In this document: positions 32,665 to 42,641 of the stretch, piece after piece | Layout of the letters: each line of letters opens with the position of its first letter | Position numbering within the stretch: position 1 is the first letter of the stretch | Assembly: GCA_020631955.1 (NCBI GenBank) | Contig: JACKGL010000002.1 | Coordinates: 77,860-141,859 of the forward strand | From: Candidatus Nomurabacteria bacterium | Lineage (GTDB): Bacteria; Patescibacteriota; Minisyncoccia; Phycocordibacterales; UBA9973 | Direction: 5' to 3' | Length of the DNA: 64,000 bases | The notes under the pieces: generated by a model | Databases searched by the model: none | Told to the model about the DNA's origin: nothing | The model's input: the letters and a program-made list of their open reading frames with translations, nothing else | Translations under genes and position numbers: made by a program

Positions 32665-35600
32665 ATGGCTGAAGAAAAAAAAATCCCCGGAGACACACCT
32701 GAGGAAACTAACCTAGACCCAGATCAACTGAGGAACATGCTTGGGGACCAATACAGAATAGTAGAGAAAGGTGGTAACTCAAAAAAAGAATCTAAAACTA
32801 ACAAGACATTAAATACTGTCATAAACATATCTGGTGTAAATATAAAAAGAGGGGCGGTTCTCAAGGTCCCTGGTATTGAAGATTATTACAAAATATCCAA
32901 AGTGGATATAAAGGAAAATATAGTAAAAGCCACCATACACAGACATGATGGAAGTACTGATGAACAAATATTTTCTATAGAAAAAGACGAAAGTGGTCAT
33001 GAAAACATCAAAGAACTTTTTGATGAAAAATTCTTCGATTTGAAAGATTATCAAAAAAGTTTTAGTAAAAAGAAAAGTTCTGGAGGAAGTATATCAGAAG
33101 TAAAAAAGACTATTGGTAGTTTTGAAAAAAAATACGAAGAAGAAGAGTCTTGGCGACAAGAAAGGAAAGAAGTGGCAGAAGCTCTTAGGGGTCTACCTTT
33201 TAGGTACACATATTTTTATGATGATGGTGGAACAGAGTATAAAATACTTTTCAACGACATAAACACTCAAAAAACAAAAATAGAAGTTTTAAAAACAGAT
33301 GGTGAAAAAGAAATCAGAGAAATGGATTTTGATGAACTCAGATCTGTATATGATGACTTCATCGAAAAAACATTGAAAGAGGAGCTTCCATTAAAAGGTG
33401 GTAAAATTTTCTTAGGTGAAGAATCTTTTTACGTTATATACGTAGATTATTACTCTCAGAAAATTTCCATTTTAGAAAATGATGAGAAAAAAACATATAC
33501 TTTTAATGAGTTTTTTGATAAGTTTGAAAATGCAGAATACGAAGATCCAGAAAATAATGTGGATAAAAAAAGAGATGCAAGACTAAGAAAAACTGACTCT
33601 TTTATGTATAAAACCGAAGATGCAGAAGGTAAGATTACAGAAACAGAAATGTATTTGGCTAAAATACAATCAGGAGAAAGAGGTCTTGTTGTATTTCCTA
33701 AAGGTGAAGCACGTTGTGTGTATTTGAGCCATTCACAAATAATATCAGCTATTGGATCAGAAGCTCACAAAAAACTTCTAGATGATTTAAGAGAAAAAAT
33801 GGAAACAGGTTGGCATGGATATAAATATCTTGAAAATTTCAAATTTAAAAGAATAAGTGAATTGAGTCTGGAGGACTTGGAAGAAGAACTAGATAGGGCA
33901 TCTGCTTTTTTGATGAAAATACCAGAATCAATGAATAAAAAAATATCATCTGTATCTGCATATATAGAAGATATACAAAGTAGAATCGATCTAAAGAAAA
34001 AAGAGACCAAAGAAAAAAATAAAACAAGTAAAGGATATGAGTACATAAGGCCAGAAGGTAAAAGTATGGCTGAGATTTTGGTAGAAGTAGAAAAAGCGAC
34101 AAAATATACAAATAGATTTTCAAAAAGTAGCAGCATTGAGTCTCACAAATCTTACATAGATAGCTTATATACAGAGATAAAAACCATAATCTTAAACAAG
34201 ATAAATCTTTCCGAAAAAAATATCACAAAAGAAGAGTTGCAAAAAAGATTGGATAACTCTTTACTGATAGGTGAAAAAATAAAAGACCTGGGTGAAAAAG
34301 AGATCACAAATCTTTTCAATAAATATTTGAATAAATTAAAAAATGAAATAGGGCGTGCCGGGAAACAAAGACCAGCCCCAGATGAAATATTTGTAGAATC
34401 AAAAGAAGAAAAAGAGGCCAGACTAACAAAACAACTAGAAATATTTAATAACAAAAATATTTCAGACACTGAAAAGATGCACCAAATAATGCTACTAGGT
34501 GTAGATAAAGTAGTGATACATGGTAAAGACTCATTTACAAAAGGAAGAAGAGGCACTAAAGCAGGTGAAAGAATATATCAAACAACAACAGGGTCTATAG
34601 ACATAGGAGACAATGTAAAAGAATACGACAAAAGAACTACAAGCAAAGAAGAGGGTGTCATGCCTGCGGTAAAGTCAGGCCCTGACATGGATGCAAGATT
34701 GTCCATGATGTTGTTTGAGTATTCAAATTACTATCAAGATGGAGGTATCCAGCCAGTATATGAATACACACAAAAAGGAGGTCAGACTACAGACACAGAA
34801 CCAGGAGTGTATATGCACCTAGATACTGGTGGTAAAAATGGTAGTTATATAGAAAATGTAGATGGAAAGATCCATATATATTTTGACAATCACTCAGAAG
34901 AAAAAACATCCGTAAAATCTTCAGCACATTCTATACATGACTTTATAAAAGAACACAACAATTTCAATGAGAAAAAAATAAAAGAGTCTGGCCTTTCAGA
35001 AAAAGATATGGATAAAATCCTCGACTACGTGAGGATAGTGGATAATGTAGAAATGCCTATGGAATATAATTTCATACAGAACACTTATCCAAAAACAATA
35101 TTGGCTTTGCAAGATGAAATCAAACTTTCCGAGGTTGTAAGGTGGCTCAAGAAAAAAGGAGTAAAAAGTGAAATAAGAGGTAAAGATTTGGACACTATTG
35201 TGGAGCTTCAAAATGGGACTAAAAAAACACTTGGGGAGTTGGTAAAAGATAGTGAAGCCAAAATGGCAAAAACCATAGACAGCATAAATAAAACTTTCCA
35301 CGCACAAATAAGAACTGGTATAAAAGTCTCCACAAAAGAGCTCGGCTATTTCGCGTATCACACAGGACCAGCTTTTCTGAAAGATGCATACATAGGAGCC
35401 AGATCAGAGGGATTCAACTCTTTTGTCCGTTTTGACAAAAAAAACAACAGGCTCATGATAAATTCCAACAAAAACCTCAAAGGAATGAAAGAAAAAATAG
35501 AAAAATCTGGCCTATCAACAAGGATAAATCTAGTAAGAAGCCATATGTTGTTTGTGGATTTTGACGATTCGATTACAGAAGAAAAAGTGGTAGAATTACT

Positions 35601-35742
35601 TGGTATAGAAAGAACAGAAAACAGATATTCAGGAATGTCTAAAGAAGAACTAAAGAAAGCAAAAGAAGAAAATAAGAAAAAGCTTCTCGAGGTATCACAA
35701 AGGATAAACGAATTAAAAGCATCTATAAGAAATAGTAAATAA
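32665..35742 (+). CDS. large hypothetical soluble protein (1025 aa), first gene of the 22-kb block
   Basis: No TM helix, signal peptide or NTP-binding motif seen. K/E-rich. The N-terminal third shows three or four reiterations of a ~50-70-aa pattern (Y-x-I/V ... I-x-V/I-L ... F-x-E-L/F). Confidence 0.7.
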   Translation: MAEEKKIPGDTPEETNLDPDQLRNMLGDQYRIVEKGGNSKKESKTNKTLNTVINISGVNIKRGAVLKVPGIEDYYKISKVDIKENIVKATIHRHDGSTDEQIFSIEKDESGHENIKELFDEKFFDLKDYQKSFSKKKSSGGSISEVKKTIGSFEKKYEEEESWRQERKEVAEALRGLPFRYTYFYDDGGTEYKILFNDINTQKTKIEVLKTDGEKEIREMDFDELRSVYDDFIEKTLKEELPLKGGKIFLGEESFYVIYVDYYSQKISILENDEKKTYTFNEFFDKFENAEYEDPENNVDKKRDARLRKTDSFMYKTEDAEGKITETEMYLAKIQSGERGLVVFPKGEARCVYLSHSQIISAIGSEAHKKLLDDLREKMETGWHGYKYLENFKFKRISELSLEDLEEELDRASAFLMKIPESMNKKISSVSAYIEDIQSRIDLKKKETKEKNKTSKGYEYIRPEGKSMAEILVEVEKATKYTNRFSKSSSIESHKSYIDSLYTEIKTIILNKINLSEKNITKEELQKRLDNSLLIGEKIKDLGEKEITNLFNKYLNKLKNEIGRAGKQRPAPDEIFVESKEEKEARLTKQLEIFNNKNISDTEKMHQIMLLGVDKVVIHGKDSFTKGRRGTKAGERIYQTTTGSIDIGDNVKEYDKRTTSKEEGVMPAVKSGPDMDARLSMMLFEYSNYYQDGGIQPVYEYTQKGGQTTDTEPGVYMHLDTGGKNGSYIENVDGKIHIYFDNHSEEKTSVKSSAHSIHDFIKEHNNFNEKKIKESGLSEKDMDKILDYVRIVDNVEMPMEYNFIQNTYPKTILALQDEIKLSEVVRWLKKKGVKSEIRGKDLDTIVELQNGTKKTLGELVKDSEAKMAKTIDSINKTFHAQIRTGIKVSTKELGYFAYHTGPAFLKDAYIGARSEGFNSFVRFDKKNNRLMINSNKNLKGMKEKIEKSGLSTRINLVRSHMLFVDFDDSITEEKVVELLGIERTENRYSGMSKEELKKAKEENKKKLLEVSQRINELKASIRNSK

Positions 35743-35743
35743 T

Positions 35744-38700
35744 ATGAGCACAAGTAAAGAAGAAGAGTTGGCAAAACTCCTAATACAACAAAAAGATCTT
35801 GCTGGACAACAAGTAGAGATAAATGAAGCTGAAAATTTGGGTAAATTAAAACTCACTGAAGAAGATATCGAGAGAATGATGTCTGCAGTAAACAGCGTTA
35901 AGGAAGACTATAAAAATTATACAAAAGAGCAGTTAGAAGCAGCTCAAGAAAATATAGCTTATTTTGCTTCCAAACTAGAAGATAATGGTAAGTACGGCGA
36001 AGCTGCTGTAGTAAACAAGCTTCTAGGAAACCTAAAAGGAAGAGTGGAAGAAATAAAGAGAGATCCAAAACTTCAAGAAAAAGTAAAAAAAGACGCAGAA
36101 GAGAAGGATAAAAAAATAAATGAAAAGAAGTCTGAATCAGATAAAAAAGATAAGGAGATGATAGAAGCTGTTAGACAAGCTATCTTGGCCTCTGGTGTGC
36201 ATATGTCAGACGAAGAGTTCGAGGCTCTTGATAAAGAAGAAAAAAGAGAGGCGGTAAGAAAGATAGTAAAGGAAAAAATAAAACTAAAAGAAGAATCAGA
36301 CAGAATACAAGCTGAAGTCGAAGCTCTAAACAACTCTATAAAGGAAAAAGTCGAAGCAATAAAGAAAGTTAAAACAAAGAGAGATGGTTGGGCTCTTGAA
36401 AAAGAGATCACAGACCTTACATCTAAAAAACTAGACCTAGAAAAAAGATACGAGGAAATAGATGGAGAGCTAGCAGAAGGAAGAAAAATACTTCTTGAAA
36501 ATAAATTTATTGGTTATGACAATATACCTTACGAAAAACCAACAAAAGAACAAGAGAAGCAGGCCAAGTTAAACGAGCTCTACGACGATGCAAAATACAG
36601 AGAACAAAGAAGAAACTTGTTCGAAGAGAAAAAAGCCTTAGAAGAAAAAGAAACTGCATACTTGAAACAAAAATCTGCTTTAGCAGAAAGATACAAAGCT
36701 TTTGTAAATGAAGACGGGGAAATAATAAAAGACCCTAAGGAAATGAACCAAGAGGAAAAAGAAGTTTTAGCTCAGTATATAGAAGACATGGTCAGTTTAA
36801 CGAACCTTAACAAAGAGCTCACCACTGAAAGAGGCGTTTTTGATCAAAGACAAGACGAGCTTTTTGACGAAATAAGATCTGCGAGAAATAGAGACGGAGC
36901 TGTAAAACTATCAAATGCCAGAAATGCATACATAGAAAGCTACACCAACCACTACAAAAACATGGGTGCCATGAAGAAATGGGGAGTAAATGCACTAAAA
37001 AGACTTGGGCTCGCTAGAGGAGAGGTAGGTATGCCTAAGGAAGTAAGAGACTTACAAAAAGCTTACTACGAACAAGTAGACAACGTTATCCAAAAAGCAG
37101 AGGCCAGACTTATAAAAGAAGGTAACTACAATGAAAGAGAAAGAGCTAGAGTAATAGAAAAATACAAACAAAGATTTTATAACATCGAACAAACAAGAGC
37201 AGAAAATGCAAAACTCAATCAAATGAGAATAGATGCTTTTGAGTCTGATAAAAAAGCTTTGATAAGAAAAATGGGCTCTTGGTATACAGGCAAATCAAAG
37301 GCCGCTGTTTTAGCTAGGATCACTTTAGGAGCTGGAGTAGGTGCAGCCACAGGAGGAGTGCTAGGCGTAGCAAGATACGCAGTTAGATTTGGTACTGGTA
37401 TGCTAGCAGGTCTAGGACTTAACGTAGGATTAAACAAAGTATGGAAGGAAGAAGAAAACGCTCAAAAGAGACTATTGGATCTTGAAAAGAGACAAAAAGC
37501 TGGACTTGTGAGTATCTCAGAGTTTGATCTAGAATACAGAAAAATAATGCAAAAAATGAATGCTTCCAAAGCTGTAAAGAAGGCCATCGTCACAGGAGGC
37601 GCCTTTGGTGCAGCATATGGAGCTGCTGGAATGTTCGACAACGTGGCACAAGCATATACACCAGTAGACAACCCAGATGCTACTATTCCAGATCACAACG
37701 TAGATCATCCAGGGCCAGGAGATACGGGCTCTCCAGAAAATAGCACTATTACTATAGAGGTGGATAAAGGCCAGGGAGCAATATCAATGTTCAGAGACTT
37801 GCAACACTCTCTAGAAGACAAGTTCCCTAAAGATGCTTCTGGTAACTACCCAGAAGGCACACCTGCATCTGCAATACATATAATGGATACTGACCCACAC
37901 CAACTAGCTATAGAATACAACATGTACAATCCACAAGATGTAGCTGAGTCAGCCACAGTCCATGTAGGAGCTACTTTTGATTACGACACAAATACTGGTG
38001 AACTTGTATTTAAAGACCCTTACTATCACGACATGGTATTGGAAGATGGGGATATGAGCACAACACCAGGACAATATGACGGAAGATTTGGAGACACTGG
38101 AGGAGACAATCACACAGGTGATGTAAGTGGCTCCGACCAAGGAGATAAACTAGTCAACGTAGAAGTGAAAAAAGTTCCTACTGGTATAGAAGTCACACCT
38201 GTAGGTGTTGATATGCAAGTAGATCCAGGTGTAGTAGACCAAAGTTCTACAGGAAACATAGACAGTAACGGGCATACAGATACAACACCAGACCAGAGTT
38301 CACCAGAAGCTGCTTTTGATAACAACTTCGATAGTAACTTTGACTTCAGCCAATACGATTATCTGTCAGACAACACTAAGCTAGCTTTGGATGACATAAT
38401 AAAAGACATGAACCCTAACGAACAACAAGACTTTGTAAATGTGTTTACGGATAAAGCAAATGATTTGTTCAACAACCAGACAGGCTCTGTTGAAAATGCA
38501 GTATTCCAAGAAAAAGGTGGTTGGAACCTACTGGAAAACAGAGAAATAAAAGCCAGTGCTTTTATGGGAGGAGTGGAAAGTTCTGGTCCTGGTAGTGTAT
38601 ACGATGCTATAAAAAATAGCTCTGATTATCAAAATGGTAAATTCTGGGGAATAGACTACAACCCAGGTGAAAACTTCACTGACTATTTCTTAAGAGCCCT

Positions 38701-38749
38701 GTATGAGTCGAAAACATGGGAAAATGGTGGTTATAAAGTAGCACAATAA
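35744..38749 (+). CDS. large hypothetical membrane protein (1001 aa): ~500-aa K/E coiled coil, Gly/Ala-rich TM hairpins, ~380-aa acidic C-terminal domain
   Basis: Starts 1 nt after the previous stop. TM candidates are VLARITLGAGVGAATGGVLGV, FGTGMLAGLGLNVGL and AIVTGGAFGAAYGAAGMF. No family motif recognised. Confidence 0.7.
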   Translation: MSTSKEEELAKLLIQQKDLAGQQVEINEAENLGKLKLTEEDIERMMSAVNSVKEDYKNYTKEQLEAAQENIAYFASKLEDNGKYGEAAVVNKLLGNLKGRVEEIKRDPKLQEKVKKDAEEKDKKINEKKSESDKKDKEMIEAVRQAILASGVHMSDEEFEALDKEEKREAVRKIVKEKIKLKEESDRIQAEVEALNNSIKEKVEAIKKVKTKRDGWALEKEITDLTSKKLDLEKRYEEIDGELAEGRKILLENKFIGYDNIPYEKPTKEQEKQAKLNELYDDAKYREQRRNLFEEKKALEEKETAYLKQKSALAERYKAFVNEDGEIIKDPKEMNQEEKEVLAQYIEDMVSLTNLNKELTTERGVFDQRQDELFDEIRSARNRDGAVKLSNARNAYIESYTNHYKNMGAMKKWGVNALKRLGLARGEVGMPKEVRDLQKAYYEQVDNVIQKAEARLIKEGNYNERERARVIEKYKQRFYNIEQTRAENAKLNQMRIDAFESDKKALIRKMGSWYTGKSKAAVLARITLGAGVGAATGGVLGVARYAVRFGTGMLAGLGLNVGLNKVWKEEENAQKRLLDLEKRQKAGLVSISEFDLEYRKIMQKMNASKAVKKAIVTGGAFGAAYGAAGMFDNVAQAYTPVDNPDATIPDHNVDHPGPGDTGSPENSTITIEVDKGQGAISMFRDLQHSLEDKFPKDASGNYPEGTPASAIHIMDTDPHQLAIEYNMYNPQDVAESATVHVGATFDYDTNTGELVFKDPYYHDMVLEDGDMSTTPGQYDGRFGDTGGDNHTGDVSGSDQGDKLVNVEVKKVPTGIEVTPVGVDMQVDPGVVDQSSTGNIDSNGHTDTTPDQSSPEAAFDNNFDSNFDFSQYDYLSDNTKLALDDIIKDMNPNEQQDFVNVFTDKANDLFNNQTGSVENAVFQEKGGWNLLENREIKASAFMGGVESSGPGSVYDAIKNSSDYQNGKFWGIDYNPGENFTDYFLRALYESKTWENGGYKVAQ

Positions 38750-38753
38750 TCAT

Positions 38754-39035
38754 ATGACAAGTAAAGAATATAAAAAAACAATAATAGACATATTAAACTT
38801 AGGGGATCTGCCAGAAGAACTACAAGAAGAACTCATCGATGATGTAGCAGAAAGTGTTATGCAAAGTGTAGTAGTATATGCGATGGAAAAAATGAACACA
38901 GCCGACTGTAAAACTTTGGTAAACTATCTAGACAATGATGAAGATATAGAAAAATTTTTTGGTTTTATGGAAGAAAAAGTTCCAGACATAAACCAAGTCC
39001 TAGTGAGTGAAATAAAAAAATATGCAACCAACTAA
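38754..39035 (+). CDS. small acidic hypothetical protein (93 aa; DUF5663-like, tentative)
   Basis: LGDLPEELQEELIDDVAESVMQSVVVYAMEKM...; 4-nt gap to the upstream gene. Confidence 0.5.
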   Translation: MTSKEYKKTIIDILNLGDLPEELQEELIDDVAESVMQSVVVYAMEKMNTADCKTLVNYLDNDEDIEKFFGFMEEKVPDINQVLVSEIKKYATN

Positions 39036-39056
39036 GACATATGATATATTAGGTGA

Positions 39057-40970
39057 ATGGAAATCCTAGACGGCCTAAATGATGCACAAAAAGAAGCGGT
39101 ACTTCATACAGAAGGACCGCTTCTTATTATTGCAGGAGCAGGAGCAGGAAAAACAAAAACTCTTACTCATCGTATAGCCAACCTAGTACAAAACGGCGTA
39201 CCAGCACACAATATACTAGCTATCACCTTTACCAATAAAGCAGCAAAAGAAATGAAAGAAAGGGTCGAATACCTGATGCGTGGTAGAGCTATGAGTATGC
39301 CTTTGGTTTGTACTTTTCATAGTCTAGGAGTGAGGTTGTTGCGTGAATATGGATCTAATATAGGTCTTTCTAGATCTTTCTCTATATGTGATGAAAATGA
39401 AAGTCTTTCTTATATAAAAGAAGCTATGAAAACTTTGTCTCTTGATGTGAAAAAATACGAACCTCGAAAAATAAAGTCTGTTATATCAAAAGAAAAAGGT
39501 AAGTCAAAAAACCAGAAAGAATATGCTGTAGATGTAGCTTCTTCTTTTGGGGAAATAGTTTCAGGTATTTGGAAATTATATGAAGAATACCTGTCTCGTG
39601 ATCAAGCTTTGGATTTTGATGACATTCTTCTAAAAACAGAAGTTCTTTTGGAGAGTTTTCCAAAAATAAAAGATGTCCTACAAAAAAGATACACTCATAT
39701 ACATGTAGACGAGTACCAAGATACCAATGACTTGCAGTACAACATAGTCAGGCTTTTGGTGGGAGATAAAGAAAATATCTGTGTGGTTGGAGATAGTGAC
39801 CAAAACATATACTCATGGCGTGGTGCTAATATAAAAAATATCCTTTCTTTTGAAGAAGATTTCCCTAGCGCCACAGTTGTGACTCTAGAAGAAAACTACA
39901 GGTCTACCAGCACTATACTATCTGCAGCGAATGATATCATTTCAAAAAATATTTATAGAAAAGAAAAGAATCTTTTTACCTCACTGGGAACAGGAGAAAA
40001 AATATCTTTAGTAGAGTGTTACGATGAAAAAGCTGAGGCAAATTTTATAGCAGAAAAAATAGTAGAACTTTTAGATAGTGGAGTAAAAGAAAGTGATATA
40101 GCTATACTTTTCCGTGCCAACTTCCAATCCAGAGTTTTGGAAGAAGCAATGATAAAATACAATATTCATTATCATGTTTTAGGTACTAGATTTTTCGACA
40201 GAAAAGAAGTAAAAGACGTACTCTCTTATATATTTGCTGCTCAAAACAGAGAATCTGAAAAAGATCTAAAAAGGTCTATAAGTGTTCCTAAAAGAGGTGT
40301 AGGTGAAAAAAGTTTGGAAAAAGTGCTTGCGGGAGATGTAAGCGCACTTAGTAACAAAGTATATATAGAAGTACAAAAATATTTTGAACTTTTAGATAAG
40401 ATTAGAGAAAATATAGACATCTTACCTCCAAGCGAGCTTATAAAATACGTTATAGTAGAAAGTAAAATAGAAGAAACTCTTTTAGCTGGTAGTGAAGAAG
40501 ATAAAGAAAGGTTGGAAAACTTACGCGAGCTTGTAACTGTAGCAAAAGAATATGACCAAGACGAGAGGGGTCTGTATGAACTATTGGACACTATAAGTCT
40601 GGCTTCCGACCAAGACAGTATAAGAAGCGAGGATGGTGGAGTAATACTTATGACTATCCATGCTGCAAAAGGTCTTGAATACGAATATGTTTTTATCACA
40701 GGACTAGAACAAGACCTTTTCCCTCATACTTTTGGTAATGAAAAGAAAACCAAAGAAGAACAAGAAGAAGAGAGGAGGCTTATGTATGTGGCTGTGACAA
40801 GAGCTAAGAAGAAACTCTTCCTTACTTATGCTGGAGTAAGAACAATATACGGACAAAGAGAAGTCCACATACCTTCTGAATTCGTTTCAGATATAAAAGA
40901 CGAATATTTAGAATATGAGTATAGTATGAACTATAATAGTGATACAGGAAAAACTATTTTTCTTGATTAG
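39057..40970 (+). CDS. pcrA: UvrD/PcrA-family ATP-dependent DNA helicase
   Basis: 637 aa. Motif I AGAGAGKTKTLTHR, motif II HVDEYQDTN, motif III VVGDSDQNIYSWRGA, then ENYRS and MTIHAAKGLEYEYVF...RRLMYVAVTRAKK. Confidence 0.92.
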   Translation: MEILDGLNDAQKEAVLHTEGPLLIIAGAGAGKTKTLTHRIANLVQNGVPAHNILAITFTNKAAKEMKERVEYLMRGRAMSMPLVCTFHSLGVRLLREYGSNIGLSRSFSICDENESLSYIKEAMKTLSLDVKKYEPRKIKSVISKEKGKSKNQKEYAVDVASSFGEIVSGIWKLYEEYLSRDQALDFDDILLKTEVLLESFPKIKDVLQKRYTHIHVDEYQDTNDLQYNIVRLLVGDKENICVVGDSDQNIYSWRGANIKNILSFEEDFPSATVVTLEENYRSTSTILSAANDIISKNIYRKEKNLFTSLGTGEKISLVECYDEKAEANFIAEKIVELLDSGVKESDIAILFRANFQSRVLEEAMIKYNIHYHVLGTRFFDRKEVKDVLSYIFAAQNRESEKDLKRSISVPKRGVGEKSLEKVLAGDVSALSNKVYIEVQKYFELLDKIRENIDILPPSELIKYVIVESKIEETLLAGSEEDKERLENLRELVTVAKEYDQDERGLYELLDTISLASDQDSIRSEDGGVILMTIHAAKGLEYEYVFITGLEQDLFPHTFGNEKKTKEEQEEERRLMYVAVTRAKKKLFLTYAGVRTIYGQREVHIPSEFVSDIKDEYLEYEYSMNYNSDTGKTIFLD

Positions 40971-40973
40971 TAT

Positions 40974-41750
40974 ATGAAAGCAAAAAAAAGTTTAGGCCAA
41001 AATTTTCTCAAAGTAGAAAAATATTTAAATAAAATGGTAGAGGCAGGGGAACTAACTTCTACAGACTTGGTAATAGAGATAGGACCGGGTCACGGAGATC
41101 TCACAGAGAAGATACTCCTCACTGGAACAACATTAATATGTATAGAAAAAGATAGAGAACTCATTCCTCTTTTAGAAGAAAAGTTTCACAATCATATAAA
41201 AGAAGGTAAATTACAGATAATAGAAAAAGATGTTCTAGAAACAGACCCTTATGAGATAACAAAAGGTAAACCTTACAAAATAGTAGCTAATATTCCTTTT
41301 TACATTACAGGGGCAATAATAGAAAAATTTTTGTCAGAAAAACACCGACCGGAGAAAATGGTTTTGGTGACTCAAAAAGAGGTGGCTGAAAGAATAGTAG
41401 AAAAAGACGGAAAATCTAGCATACTTTCTTTGTCTGTAAAATTCTTCGGTGAGCCAAAATTTGTGACCATAATACCAAAAGGGGCTTTTGTTCCTAGTCC
41501 AAAAGTGGATTCGGCCATAGTTTTGATAAATGTATCAGAAAATATAAATAAGAACTTGGAAAAAAAGTTTTTTGACCTTATACACGCCGCCTTTGCACAC
41601 AAGAGAAAACAAATGAGAAGTAATCTGGTTATAAGATATAGTGAGAACAAAGTAAATGTTATATTCCAAAAGCTGGATTTAGACCCCAAAATAAGAGCCG
41701 AAAAGATAAAAATAGCACAGTGGGTAGAAGCAGCCAAAACACTACTGTGA
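40974..41750 (+). CDS. rsmA: 16S rRNA (adenine1518/1519-N6)-dimethyltransferase
   Basis: 258 aa. Contains KSLGQNFL, VIEIGPGHGDLT, ANIPFYIT and FVPSPKVDSA. Confidence 0.92.
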   Translation: MKAKKSLGQNFLKVEKYLNKMVEAGELTSTDLVIEIGPGHGDLTEKILLTGTTLICIEKDRELIPLLEEKFHNHIKEGKLQIIEKDVLETDPYEITKGKPYKIVANIPFYITGAIIEKFLSEKHRPEKMVLVTQKEVAERIVEKDGKSSILSLSVKFFGEPKFVTIIPKGAFVPSPKVDSAIVLINVSENINKNLEKKFFDLIHAAFAHKRKQMRSNLVIRYSENKVNVIFQKLDLDPKIRAEKIKIAQWVEAAKTLL

Positions 41751-41763
41751 TATAATTTACAAT

Positions 41764-42639
41764 ATGCCCATCAAAGAAACTTGGCAAAAAATAAAACCTA
41801 GTAAAAAAATAATTAAAATGTTTTTAGCTGTTTTGCTTATTGTGGCAGTAATAATAGTAGTAAAAACAGGTGTATACAAAAAAATAAACTTCAAAACAAA
41901 AACAGCTAACCTACCACAAGGCAACCTAACTCTTTCAGAACTAGGGGAAAATGATAGTGACAAAGATGGTATAGCAGACTGGGAGGAGATACTTTGGGGC
42001 ACCGATCCAGAAAAATACGATACTGATGATGATGGCGTGTCTGATGGAGAAGAAATAAGATCAGAAAAAGTAAAAAGGGGCGCCCTTGCAAACACCAACC
42101 CAAACACTACCGATATTTTTGCAAGAGATCTTTTGGTAACAATATCTAGTCTTTATGATACTAATATAATAAACATAGATATACTAGCACAAGAAGTGGT
42201 GAACAATATTACTAAAAATAAAGAGCCTTTTTATACAACACAAAACATAACAATTACCAACAATGTTGAATCATACTTTAACAACTTTCTTTATATCTTG
42301 AGTCTGGATATTACAGGTTGGGAAGAATTTGTTGATTTTATTAAATACTCTAATGGGGATACAAACATAGAATTAATGAATATAGAAGAAAAGGGTACGG
42401 AAATTATTGAGATATCAAAAGAAGTTATTAATACTCCTGTTATAAGCGAGATGAAGGAGCACCATCTAGAATTAGCAAATAGTATATACTTTTTAGGTGA
42501 GAGTTTAACTAAGATGTCAAAGATAGAGTCAGACCCTATTCAGTCAATAGAAGGGTATTATTCATACTTAAAATACTACGATATTTTAAATCAAACCATA
42601 TTAATATATAATAATGAGATTGAGGAACTAATAAATTAG
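41764..42639 (+). CDS. membrane-anchored protein with thrombospondin-type-3-like Ca-binding repeats
   Basis: 291 aa. TM helix MFLAVLLIVAVIIVV, then DSDKDGIADWEEILWGTDPEKYDTDDDGVSDGEE (DxDxDG repeats). Confidence 0.6.
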   Translation: MPIKETWQKIKPSKKIIKMFLAVLLIVAVIIVVKTGVYKKINFKTKTANLPQGNLTLSELGENDSDKDGIADWEEILWGTDPEKYDTDDDGVSDGEEIRSEKVKRGALANTNPNTTDIFARDLLVTISSLYDTNIINIDILAQEVVNNITKNKEPFYTTQNITITNNVESYFNNFLYILSLDITGWEEFVDFIKYSNGDTNIELMNIEEKGTEIIEISKEVINTPVISEMKEHHLELANSIYFLGESLTKMSKIESDPIQSIEGYYSYLKYYDILNQTILIYNNEIEELIN

Positions 42640-42641
42640 TT

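Noticed and set aside
39057-40970. PcrA considered as the missing relaxase or coupling protein of the T4SS-like system
   Set aside because: Its motifs are canonical SF1 UvrD/PcrA helicase motifs. There is no HUH or MOB relaxase motif, and no FtsK/VirD4-type TM region plus P-loop architecture. Any functional link to the apparatus is speculation based on adjacency.
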